Assembly: GCA_002269645.1 (NCBI GenBank)
Contig: NIVC01000518.1
Location: 51,415-115,414, forward strand
DNA from: Macrostomum lignano
Lineage: Eukaryota
Reading direction: 5' to 3'
Length of the DNA: 64,000 nt
Positions 15,301 through 28,100 of the stretch are shown in pieces; the first letter of the stretch is position 1; each line of letters starts with the position of its first letter. The position numbers and the translations under genes were made by a program. Under the pieces are notes generated by a model. It worked only from the letters and a program-made list of their open reading frames with translations. It had not been told where the DNA came from and did not search any database.

Positions 15301-18300
15301 TTAGACTGTTTCGGTGACTTCGTATGTCCTTAGAGATTGACGGTGACCTCACGTGTCCTTAGAGACTGTCAATGACCTTGAGTGTTATTGGACTCTTATG
15401 GTGACTTCGTATGCCCTTAAAAATTGACGGTGACCTCACGTGTCCTTAGAAATTGGCAATGACCTTGAGTGTTATTGGACTCTTACGGTGACTTCGTATG
15501 CCCTTAGAGATTGATGGTGACCTCACGCGTCCTTAGAGACTGACGGTGACCTCACGTATCCTTAGAGATTGGCAATGACATTCTGTGTTATTGGACTCTT
15601 ACGGTGACCTTGTATGCCCTTAGAGATTGACGGTGACCTCACGCGTCCTTAGAGATTGGCAATGACCTTGAATGTCCTTAGAGATTGACGGTGACCTTCA
15701 GTGGTCCTAAGAATGCAATGCCACTGACCAGTAATGCAATGGACCCAACTACAGCCCGAGTTCCAAGGCCGTCTGTTCAACGTGACCAGCGCCATATCGT
15801 CCGACTATCGCGATCTGACCAACAACAACATATTCGCCGTCGAAGCGGACTCCGGCGGCATCAGCAAGGTGCACATCGCTTTGTACAATCTGTCAGCCGG
15901 CGTTTGCGGCGTCGAATCCACCGAGGGCAACTTCGCCCAGTTCATGTCCTACGCTGGCATCGACAGGGACGAGTTTCTGCGCGACAGGCGCGACGTTGTA
16001 ACGCTGGACTTTTCGGCTACTCGGTCCGGCTCGGCGGCGGCTTCGCGGCGACGACGAAAGCGGCGCAGCGTGGCTTCAGCCGATGGCGACGAGATTTTTG
16101 CGGCGTTTCGACGCTACTGTAAGTAGCTGGCTGGGGCATGGGGCGAATTTATCTACCTGTCTACCTATCTGTCTACTGGTCTACCAATCTATCTACTGGT
16201 CTACCAATCTATCTACTGTTCTACCAATCTGTCTACTGTTCTACCAATCTGTCTACTGTTCTACCAATCTATCTACTGTTCTACCAATCTATCTACTGGT
16301 CCTACCAATCTATCTACTGTTCAACCAATCTATCTACTGTTCTACCAATCTATCTACTGTTCTACCAGTCTATCTACTGTTCTATCAATCTACCTTCTGG
16401 TCTACCAATCTACCTACTAGTCTATCAATCTACCTTCTGGTCTACCAATCTATCTACCAGTTTGTCAATCATCCAATCAACTGATCTGCCAATAATCTTC
16501 TATCAAACCAATATAAATATGAATCCAACCAATTGCATTGCAGATGATTGCCATCGGTACAAAGACTTCACCCTGTGGAACACACCACTGTACAGTTTCT
16601 GGCGAATGTACACCAACCACTACTACGGAAATGTACTTTACGCGCCAAACACTCCAACCGTTAATAAAATAATTGAAAAGGTGAGGTGACTCGACATTTC
16701 AATAAAGGCCTGAACTTATTTAACCTCGTTTTTTTAAAAAGTTGACTACAAACTTTTGATTTTGTTGTTTTTTATCAGGCCAGAACAGTGTTCCACTCTG
16801 TGCAAGAGGCCCAGGATTTTATAAGCAACTGGAACAGCACTTACAGGGGACGGCTCAACCATTTCCTGAGTATGTTTCTGTCGCATGAAGAGGTGAGCTT
16901 ACTTTAATATGCTCTTATTCGTATTTATATTGTATTAGATAGTTATGATTGATGAGATCTGGTTAAGCTGAAAGCTCATTGAGATTTTTCCTTTACTGCC
17001 TATCAAATCTCATTGAGATCTTATCTCTACTCACTATCAAATCTCATTGAGATCTCACCTCTACTGACTATCAAATCTCATTGAGATCTCACCTCTACTG
17101 ATCAAATCTCATTGAGATCTCACCTCTACTGACTATCAAATCTCATTACAAATCTCTCCAAATCTCTTACGACTCTAGTTTCCGACCAGCCGTCAATAGT
17201 TTAATGTCGAACTTAAAATAACCTGCTTAAAATTCATTAAATTCCTAACGCAAGATTTGCTGTAATGAATCATAAGCGTCAATTTAAACAAATTGTATCA
17301 AATCAGATATTTCACTGCCTACCAAAAATATTCCCTGGGCACTTCGTTTTGACCTTAATAGCAAACTGCAATTAAAACTCGCACAGCTGTCAGTTTTAGG
17401 TAAAGATAAGAATATACGCCCCCTGTGTGTCTTCAGAAATTCAAGCCATTGTTATAGCTAAGCATACAGCTATTTTGAGTCTATACTCGTATAATAATTA
17501 GAATATTGACCTCAGTAGTAGTAAATAGCCTCTATCCGGCCCTAGGGGTCCTTTGAAACTTCAAAATAGCAATTCAGTCCGCTCAGGGTTTGGTTTGTTC
17601 CTGTCTTTTCTCAGTTCTCTTCTCTCTTCCCATATTTCATATCGCTTCGCATTCTCTCTTCTCCTCTATTCCGTTTCCTTTCCTCTCTAATCTGGCCCGC
17701 AGCCATGAGCTGGATTCTGTATTTTTCATTTTTCTAGTCCTCCAAGTAAAAAAGTTTTCCGACGCCTCGTCTATGGTCAAAGCCTCTATTCAACTTTCTA
17801 AGGCTTTCTAAGAAAGATCAAGAAAGTCAATTAGGATCACGCGGTCACCTCGTGGGCATTCTACGAATTCTAGAAAATTCTATTAGAATTCAAACAGACG
17901 TTTGTTATCAAACCATCCGCAATATAGAGAGCAACACTTTTTGACTACTGATAGCTGTGTCAGTAGTAGTATATATAAAACATATTTTTCTTCTAAAACA
18001 CAGTTTAAATTGCTTGCTGCTCTTGAAATTGCAATTCCAGTCTGCCAGGCACCTGTGCAATCTGCTGATTAAACAGAACAACGGCCTGTGCGACACGATC
18101 AGTTTGGATCACTGGCGGCAGGCTGTGAAAATTGTGGATCTGCTGTTGCCTGAGGTGGACACCTTCCTGTCTGTGAGGCTCGCTTATATTCTCGCTTGGA
18201 ATGGATATTCTAGACACAGATATTTTTAATATATAGGACAGATTTTGGGAGAAGATTAGACATAGTGTGGGAAACTACGTAGATAGGAAAGGGATTGGAG

Positions 18301-18949
18301 TGGAGACGGGAGAGATTAGAGTAGAGATAGGAAAGATAGGTGAGATTAGAGATGGGATGGGTGAGATTATAGGTGAGATGGGTGAGATTATAGGAGATAA
18401 GTGAGATTAGGGTAGAGAAATGAGATTAGAGTAGAGATAGGTGAGATGGGTGAGATTAGGAAAGGGATTGTTGAGATTATAGGTGAGATGGGTGAGATCA
18501 TATACAGCGGGAGATTAAAAGACAAAAAAGAGGCTGTGAGATGAAGAAAGAGATTAAACTAGTGCCTGAGATCCGACCCCCCCCCCCACTCGCAACTTCA
18601 GTGCTTCTTCAACAAGCTGAAGGATCCATTCGTTGGCTTCTCAAACATGTCGGAGCTGTGGCGCAATCTGCCAAACTTCACCAGCAACAGCCAGCTGAAA
18701 TCAGTGCTGGAGTTTCACGTGTCTCCTGATGAGCAGGAGCTGCGGGACAAGCCCGGTTTTATAAAGTACACCTTGCACCCTAAGGCCTGGTTCACTGACC
18801 ATCCGGACGACCTCAGAGAGTTGAAAGAGTGAGTTAATCGCTCTTTTTAGAATCAGATTCACCTTCAGTTTTAAGATTTATTGGAGAGTGAAATGAAGGT
18901 ATAACTGCTGATAGATCTGAGAGTAGAGTAGAATAGAGAACTGCAGATA

Positions 18950-18983
<34 letters not shown>

Positions 18984-19095
18984 AATCTAGAAGTGCAGAT
19001 AGACACACACCAACCTAGAACTGCAGATAGACACACACCAATCTAGAAGTGCAGATAGACACACACACACACACACCAACCTAGAACTGCATATA

Positions 19096-19133
<38 letters not shown>

Positions 19134-22100
19134 AATCTAGAACTGCAGATAGACACACACCAATCTAGAAGTGCAGATAGACACACACCAATCTAGAAGT
19201 GCAGATAGACACACACCAATCTAGAAGTGCAGATAGACACACACCAATCTAGAAGTGCAGATAGACACACACCAATCTAGAAGTGCAGATAGACACACAC
19301 CAATCTAGAACTGCAGATAGACACACACCAATCTAGAAGTGCAGATAGACACACACCAATCTAGAAGTGCAGATAGACACACACCAATCTAGAAGTGCAG
19401 ATAGACACACACCAATCTAGAAGTGCAGATAGACACACACCAATCTAGAAGTGCAGATAGACACACACCAATCTAGAACTGCAGATAGACACACACACAC
19501 CAATCTAGAACTGCAGATAGACACACACCAATCTAGAAGTGCAGACAGACACACACCAATCTAGAACTGCAGATAGACACACACACACACACACACACCA
19601 ATCTAGAACTGCAGATGGACACACACACACCAATCTAGAACTGCAGATGGACACACACCAATCTTGCACCCGCACATTCCCCAGACCGAACAACCCAGGC
19701 CCGAGAAGACACTGGACAGACGTGAAGTTCCTCGTATACAGTTACGTTGACACTCAGGATATTGTTGAATGGGCCATCGCCGAGGTGCTGTCCGGGAGTC
19801 GAGTCCGCGACGGCATCTACATGCAAATGCAGCCCTACATGTGCTGGCTGCATGACGAGTGAGTGGTTCTTGGGATCTACCTCTGCCTGCCTGCCTCTCT
19901 CATCCTTCCGCTCCCTCCCTCTCTCATCCTTCCGCTCCCTCCCTCTCTCATCCTTCCGCTCCCTCCCTCTCTCTCATCCTTCCGCTCCCTCCCTCTCTCT
20001 CATCCTTCCGCTCCCTCCCTCTCTCATCCTTCCGCCCGCTCCCTCCCTCTCTCATCCTTCCGCTCCCTCCCTCTCTCTCATCCTTCCGCTCCCTCCCTCT
20101 CTCTCATCCTTCCGCTCCCTCCCTCTCTCATCCTTCCGCCCGCTCCCTCCCTCTCTCTCATCCTTCCGCTCCCTCCCTCTCTCTCATCCTTCCGCCCGCT
20201 CCCTCCCTCTCTCTCATCCTTCCGCTCCCTCCCTCTCTCATCCTTCCGCTCCCTCCCTCTCTCATCCTTCCACTCCCTCTCTCATCTTTCCGCTCCCTCC
20301 CTCTCTCATCTTTCCGTTCTCTCCCTCTCTCATCTTTCCGCTCCCTCCCTCTCTCATCTATCCGCTCTCTCCCTCTCTCATCCTTCCGCTCCCTCCCTCT
20401 CTCATCTACCCGCTCTCTCCCTCTCTCATCCTTCCGCTCCCTCAATCCCTCATCCTTCCGCTCCCTCTCCATTCTTCCACTCCCTCCCTCTCACTCTTCT
20501 GCAACCTCTTACACTCCACCCACTCACTCACTCACTCTCTCACTCCCTCGCTCTCGCTCACTCTCTCACTCACTCACTCACTCTCTCACTCACACACTCA
20601 CTCGCCTGCTAAATACCGCAAAGCACAATGGTAATTTCAATTCACCATTTCAGATTCCTGAACACATTCCGGAACTTTCTGCACTTCTTCCTCATCATCT
20701 CCTGGGTGGTGCTGGTCGGTGTTATTGTGCAGAAAATCGTCTACGAAAAAGAGTCGCGATTAAAAGAGATGATCCTAGTGATGGGGGTCAGCCGGGAGAT
20801 CATGTGGCTGACCTGGTTCTTATCTAGCCTGGGCATCTTTCTGGTGCCAACTCTGATCTGCAGTATCGTATTAAAGGTGACGATATGCAAGCTGGTGAGC
20901 TTCAGTGTGGTGTTCTTCACCTTGTTCACCTACTCGATGCTGTCAATCCTGTCAGCATTCTTCCTGAGCACACTATTCTCCAAGGCCAACGTTGGCGCCA
21001 CACTGTCCAGCTTCCTGTACTTGATGACGTACATTCCCTATGCGGTTTGCAAGCTGGTATTGAACTTGGAATTTCACCCAGCCGGCCATTTCATCCTGTC
21101 GCTATTGCCAAATGTGGCATTCGCCTATACATTCGATGGCATATTGAAGTTTGAGCACTTCTCAGTGCCAGTGTACTGGTCAACTCTGCAACAGTCGCCT
21201 TATGTGCTGCGCAATTTCACAGTGGCTGGAGCTCTGGCTATGATGTGGCTGGATGCAGCTCTGCTCCTGCTGGCCACCGCCTACGTGGAGCAGGTGCACT
21301 CTGGCACTCGCGGCGCCTCCAAGTCCTGGTATTTCCTGTGCTCCACTCGGTTTTGGAAATACATTTTGAGACGATATTTTACTGCTAGGCCCGGGTCTGG
21401 CGCTAGCACTACTAATAGTAGGTCTAGAGATTATCAGGGCGACAATCGGACCGGCAGGTGCGCTGATGCGCAGCAGGTGCCAATCTCTATACAGAGGCTG
21501 TGCAAAGCCTATGGCCGGCACCGGGTGTTGAAAGACTTCAACCTGAGCCTGTACCGCAACCACCTGACTTCTCTGGTTGGCAAGAACGGCTGCGGCAAGT
21601 CCACCCTGATGTCCATTCTGTGCGGCCTTGACTCGGCCAGCTCAGGTCACGTGACCATGTTCGGGCATTCGCACCCCGAGGAGCTGGGCGTCATCCGGCA
21701 GTGGATCGGAGTCTGTCCTCAGTTTGACACCGTGTTTGGATTGTGAGCAGTTCAGCAAATTGCTAGTGCGATATTTGAGTGCGGGCAGACATTGGTTTGG
21801 TGCTTGTGTGCATGAAAATAGGCTCAGGGGGTTGGCGTTTGATTCACAGAGTGTACATGCATGGGGATTAGAAAATCAGGGCTGCTGTACACCATGTGTG
21901 AGCGTGTGTGCCGGCGTACAGGATTGGCGCTCTTGTATGTGATCTGGAGTTGTTGATTTTTTAGATTTTTTGGGTGAGATTTAGTATTGGGTGACATTTC
22001 AAAATGAGATATTGTATCAGGCGAGATTTTTTATCGGGTGAGATTTGGGGTGAGATTTTGTATTGGGTGAGATTTTGGGTGAGATTTTGTATCGGGTAAG

Positions 22101-25100
22101 ACTTTGAATCGGGTGAGATTTTGTATTGAGTGAGATTTGGGGTGAGATTTTGTATCGGGTGAGATTTGTATCAGGTAAGATTTGTATCGGGTGAGATTTG
22201 TATCGCGTAAGATTTGTATCGGGTAAGATTTTGGGTAAGATTTTGTATCGGGTAAGATTTTATATCCAATGAGATTTTGTATCGGGTGAAATTTTGCATT
22301 AGGTGAGAATTTGTATCGGGTGAGATTTTTTATCCAATGAGATTTTGTATCAGGTGAGATTTTGTATCGGGTGAGATTTTGCATTAGGTGAGAATTTGTA
22401 TCGGGTGAGATTTTATATCCAATGAGATTTTGTATCAGGTGAGATTTTGTATCGGGTGAGATTTTGTATTGGGTGAGATTTTGTATCGGGTGACATTTCG
22501 GGTGAGATTGTTGTATCGGATGAGATTTTGTGTGAGATTTTGTCCGATAAGATTTGATGAGTTATGAATAAAGAATGATGAGAATGTCAAACTCGCCATC
22601 TCCAGCCTGACCGTGAAGGAGCACGTGGATTTCTACGGCTCTTTGAAAGGCCTCTCAAAAGCGGAGCGTTGCGGCGAAGTTGACGAGATTGTACACCTGC
22701 TGAGCCTGCCGGAAGACACGCGGGTCAACCAGCTGTCCGGCGGCCAGCGCAGGAAGCTCAGCCTGCTGTTGGCCTTTCTCGGCCAAGTGAAATTTGTCAT
22801 CCTTGACGAGCCGACAGCCGGTGTGGATCCGATCTCCCGGCACGCCATCTGGGAGCTGATCCAGCGGCTGAAGGCCGGGAAGACCATCCTGATGACGTCG
22901 CATCATCTGGACGAAGCCGAAGCTCTGGCTGATCGAATTGCCGTGCTGGGCACCGGCGGCAAAATTCACTTTCACGACACGCCTGGCAAACTGAAGAGGC
23001 TGTTCAGCGATTCGCAGATGCTGACTGTCTCGTTTGTGCAGGTTGGCGACTTATTTAAATCCCAAATTCGAGATTCGATTCCCAGATCCCCAGTGTCTGA
23101 TTTCTAGCATACATGTAAGCACCAAATTCTTAGTGCCTCTTATTCCAGCTCTGTAAGTCTGGACTAATAATTCTAAATCCGAACTCGCAGAGACCGAATC
23201 TCACATTCCAGATCCCAAATCTCAAATCCAAAATCCCAGATTCCAAATCCCAGCTCCCAGATCACAGATCCCGTATCGCAGATCCCAGATTGCAGATTGC
23301 AGATTTCAGATTGCAGATCGCAGATCCCAGGTCGCAGATCCCAAATCCCGGATCCCAAATCCCGGATCCCAAATCTTGGATTCCCAAATCCCAGATCCCA
23401 AATTCCAGTTCCAGAATTCCAGATTCCAGATCCCAGATTCCAAATCCCAGATTATAAATCGCAATCCCATGTCCAGGATCCCAAATTCCAGATCCCAAAC
23501 CCCGTTTCCAAATCCCAGATCTCACATCCCAGATCCCAAATCCCAGATCCCACATCCCAAATCCCAAATCCCAGATCCCAATTCCTAGATTCCAAATCCC
23601 AGATCTCAAAACCCAGATCTCTAATCCCAGATCCCAAATCCCAGATCTCAAATCCCAGATCCCAAATCCCAGATCTTAAATCCCAGATGTCAAATCCCAG
23701 ATCCCAAATCCCGGATCCCAAATCTTTGATTCCCAAATCCCAGATCCCAAATTCCAGTTCCAGAATTCCGGATTCCAGATCCCAGATTCCAAATCCCAGA
23801 TCATAAATCGCATCCCATGTCCAGGATCCCAAATTCCAGATCCCAAACCCCGTTTCCAAATCCCAGATCTCACATCCCAGATCCCAAATCCCAGATCCCA
23901 CATCCCAAATCCCAGATCCCACATCCCAAATCCCAGATCCCACATCCCAAATCCCAGATTCCAAATCCCAGATCTCAAAGCCCAGATCTCAAATCCTAGA
24001 TCTCAAATCCCAGATCTCAAATCCCAGATCCCAAATCCCAGATCTCAAATCCCAGATCCCAAATCCCAGATCTCAAATCCCAGATCTCAAATCCCAGATC
24101 TTAAATCCCAGATCCCCATTTTCAAACATGAAATCCTAATTGAAATCCCAGGGTGCGGACTGTCAAAGCCACGCTAGTCAGCTGTTCGAGTTGATCAGCG
24201 CTTGCGCGGCCCAGGGCGCTCGGTCGTCGCCCTCGTCGACTCCAGCGGCGTCTCCGTCGTCAGAAGTCGAGGCGGCGCCGACCGCCCAGCTGGACTGGCA
24301 GAAGCGGGGCAACGATCTGTACTTTCGCATTCCAAACAGCGTCGCTCGACTGTGCATGACGGAGTTATTAAAGTGCATCGAGACCGAGAAATCGCGCTAT
24401 CAAATCCTTCGCTTTCAAATCTCCCAGCCGACCATGGAGGACATTTTCTTCCTGATCACCGGCGGCGAAGGCGGCGAAGAGGCCGAAGCCGAGGCTTCTG
24501 CGGCGGCTGCCGGCTCGTCGAGGCGGACAGCGGCGCGGAGGCAGCGACATCGGTCTGAAAGCGGCGCCGGCGGCAGCTTCGGCGACCTGTCGTTTATCCG
24601 GACCGACTTCTCCTCGGACGGTTTGACTTTGCCGAATTTGCCGACCGCTGCGGATCAAGGCGGATTCGAGTTGTCCGACGCGGCCGCCGGGTTCAACGAT
24701 AGCGGCGTCGGTGACGGCGTTGTGGTCGGCGGGGAAAGCAGCGTTCGGAGCAGCCGGGTGAGCCTGGTGCCGACTGAGACCGGCGACGATCGACGGCCCA
24801 GGATCTCGAGGGCGGCGCAGCTCGCCTGTCAGGTAAGATTGGCTTGTTATAAATCCCTGATTCTAAATCCCAGATCCCAAATCCCAGATTCAGAATCTCA
24901 GATCCCAAATCCCAGATTCTAAATATCAAATCCCAAATCCCTGATCTCAAGTCTCAGATCCCAAATCCTAGATCCCAAATCCTAGATCCCAAATCCTAGA
25001 TCTCAAATTCCAAATCCCAAATCCCAGATTCTAAATCTCAGATAAATCCCAGATCCCAAATCCCAGATTCTAAATCTCAGATAAATCCCAGATCCCAAAT

Positions 25101-28100
25101 CCAAGATCCCAAATTCCAAATCCCAAATCCCAGATTCTAAATCTCAGATTCCAAATCCCAGATCCAGAATCCCAGATCCAGAATCCCAGACCCCAAATCC
25201 CAGATTCCAAATCCCAGATTCCAAATCCCAGATCCTAAATCCCAGATCCAGAATCCCAGATCCAGAATCTCAGATACCAAATCCCAGATTCTAAATCTCA
25301 AATCCCAAATCCCAGATCCCTGATCCCAAGTCTCAGATCCCAAATCCTAGATCCCAAATCCTAGATCCCAAATCCTAGATCCCAAATCCTAGATCTTAAA
25401 TCCCAGATCCCAAATCCAAGATCCCAAATTCCAAATCCCAAATCCCAGATTCTAAATCTCAGATTCCAAATCCCAGATCCCAGATCCCAAATCCCAGGTT
25501 CCGAATCCCAGATCCCTAATGCCATATCCCAGATCCCAGTTCTTAAATTTCTGGGATCATAAATCCCAGATCCCGAATTCCTGATTCCAGAAAGTGAGTA
25601 TTAAAACGTGATAATAAAAAGTGAGTATTTTTTCATTCTTTCTCAATCCAGGTCGAAGCCATCCTGCTCAAACGACTCCGCTACATGATTCGAACTCCCA
25701 GCTGTTTGCTCACCAACATCTTCTTGCCAATTCTGTTCCTGGCCGTTGCCATTGCCATGATCCAGCTGAGGCCTGGCTGGCGCAGTTCACCTCCCGTGGA
25801 GATTCATCCGTGGCACTTGAAAGTCGGCTACCCCAACCAGGCCAACTCTCTGCATTATTTCTACGACTATCCGGACCCGTTTGATAGCGAGGGAGTTCAA
25901 CCGCCTGCGGCTGCCCTGTACGCTGAGCAGCTCAATATGGGATTTCAGGTGAGCTGGGTCTGTTTATAAGATTGCCGAGTCTGTTTATAAGATCAGCACC
26001 AAGGGGCTTTAGCACCAAGGGGCTTTAGCACCAAGGGGCTTTAGCACCAAGGGGCTTTAGCACCAAGGGGCTTTAGCACCAAGGGGCTTTAGCACCAAGG
26101 GGCTTTAGCACCAAGGGGCTTTAGCACCAAGGGGCTTTAGCACCAAGGGGCTTTAGCACCAAGGGGCGCCAGCACCTAGGGGCGCCAGCACCAAGGGGCG
26201 CCAGCACCTAGGGGCGCCAGCACCAAGGGGCGCCAGCACCAAGGGGCGCCAGCACCATACATTGCACCGATAAGAAAATACTGAAACCCCCAACTTGCAG
26301 GGCTGCCGCTGCATGAACTCCTCAGTGTACAGCATACCCGGCTATCCCTGCTACCAGTCCGTCAGCGAGTTGAACGACACAGACCATCTCGACCAGTCCT
26401 GCAACGCCTGCAGCTTCTACTGCCAACCGGTGGACTTTCCGCATCAGACGCGCCGTCTGGCTGTGCGCGACATCGCACACAAACTGCCGAGAAACGGGAG
26501 CGACAAGCTCTTCAACATCTCCAACTGGCTCATCCAGACTAGCAACGACTATTTGTTGAACAGGTTCGGCGGCGCATCGTTTAGCGAAGTCAACCCGTTG
26601 ACTGACGCGGTGGCGCGCGGCAGTGAAGCCTTCGAGACAGCCATCAACCGGCTGCACAATGCCACTCTGCGCCACGCGCTAGCCTCGATGTTGAACTTCA
26701 GCGAAGCTATCAGATTCATCGACGCCTTCTACGGCCGGCGATGGAGCTCGAAGGTTTGGTTTGACAACATGGGATACGTGGCCGGGCCGGCTTATTTGAA
26801 TGTGTTCAACAATGCTCGCCTGCGGGCTCTGCTGGCCGACCAGCAGCAGCTGCCAACCAGCGGCATCGCCGCCTTCTTGGACTCGCTGCCGCCCGATGGC
26901 CAGGGACTGCGGCTGGACTTTGAGTGAGTCTACTTTGTCTACTCTCATGTCTACTTCGTCTACTCTCATGTCTACTTTGTCTACTCTTATGTCTACTTTG
27001 TCTACTCTCATGTCTACTTTGTCTACTCTCATGTCTACTTTGTCTACTCTCATGTCTACTGTGTCTACTCTCATGTCTACTTTGTCTACTCTCATGTCTA
27101 CTTTGTCTACTCCCATATCTAGTTTATCTACTCTCGTCTACTTTTCTACCTTATCATCTTGTCGATCTTTTATTAAAAGCAGGGGGCTGTGAGCACCCTG
27201 GTGCACTTTAACCGACATTGTCACACAACCGGCGAGAGGCATTTCTGCCCATTCAGCCGACTCCCCTGAGCAGGCACACAAGCGCGCGGATGCGTACGCA
27301 GTCATAGGCACAGGCACACCCTCACACAGGAGTGTACAGCAGCCTTAACTTTATTTATCGTTAGGCATGTACACTTCACTTCAAGGCCGTTAATTGCACG
27401 AGCAGAGCCAAGCCGAGATTCCAATTTAGACCCAACTAGCAATCTAGTGCCCCCCTTCGGGGGCCGAATAAGTAAGGAGCAAAAATTATTCGTGCAAATC
27501 CATTAAAGAAGCACATTTTCTTGAGAACCGACTCCTTATTCAGTTTATAGATCACCTTATTCGAGTAAAATTGTCATGGACAAAGATGTTTGCTATGAAT
27601 CTCTTTTGTCTAAAAGTAACAAAAGTAAACAACAAAATAAAGCCTTCACAAAGATAATAGGCGTTCCCTCTAAGTCGAAGGTATCCCATAGACAGCAAGC
27701 ATCCTCCAGATAGCAAGCATCCCCCAGATAGCAAGCATCCCCCAGATAGCAAGCATCCCCCAGATAGCAAGCAACCCCCAGATAGCAAGCATCCCCCAGA
27801 TAGCAAGCAACCCCCAGATAGCAAGCATCCCCCAGATAGCAAGCAACCCCCCAGATAGCAAGCATCCCCCAGATAGCAAGCATCCCCCAGATAGCAAGCA
27901 TCCCCCAGATAGCAAGCATCCCCCAGATAGCAAGCATCCCCCAGATAGCAAGCATCCCCCAGATGGCAAGCAACCCCCAGATAGCAAGCATCCCCCAGAT
28001 AGCAAGCATCCTCCAGATAGCAAGCATCCCCCAGATGGCAAGCAACCCCCAGATAGCAAGCATCCCCCAGATAGCAAGCATCCTCCAGATAGCAAGCATC

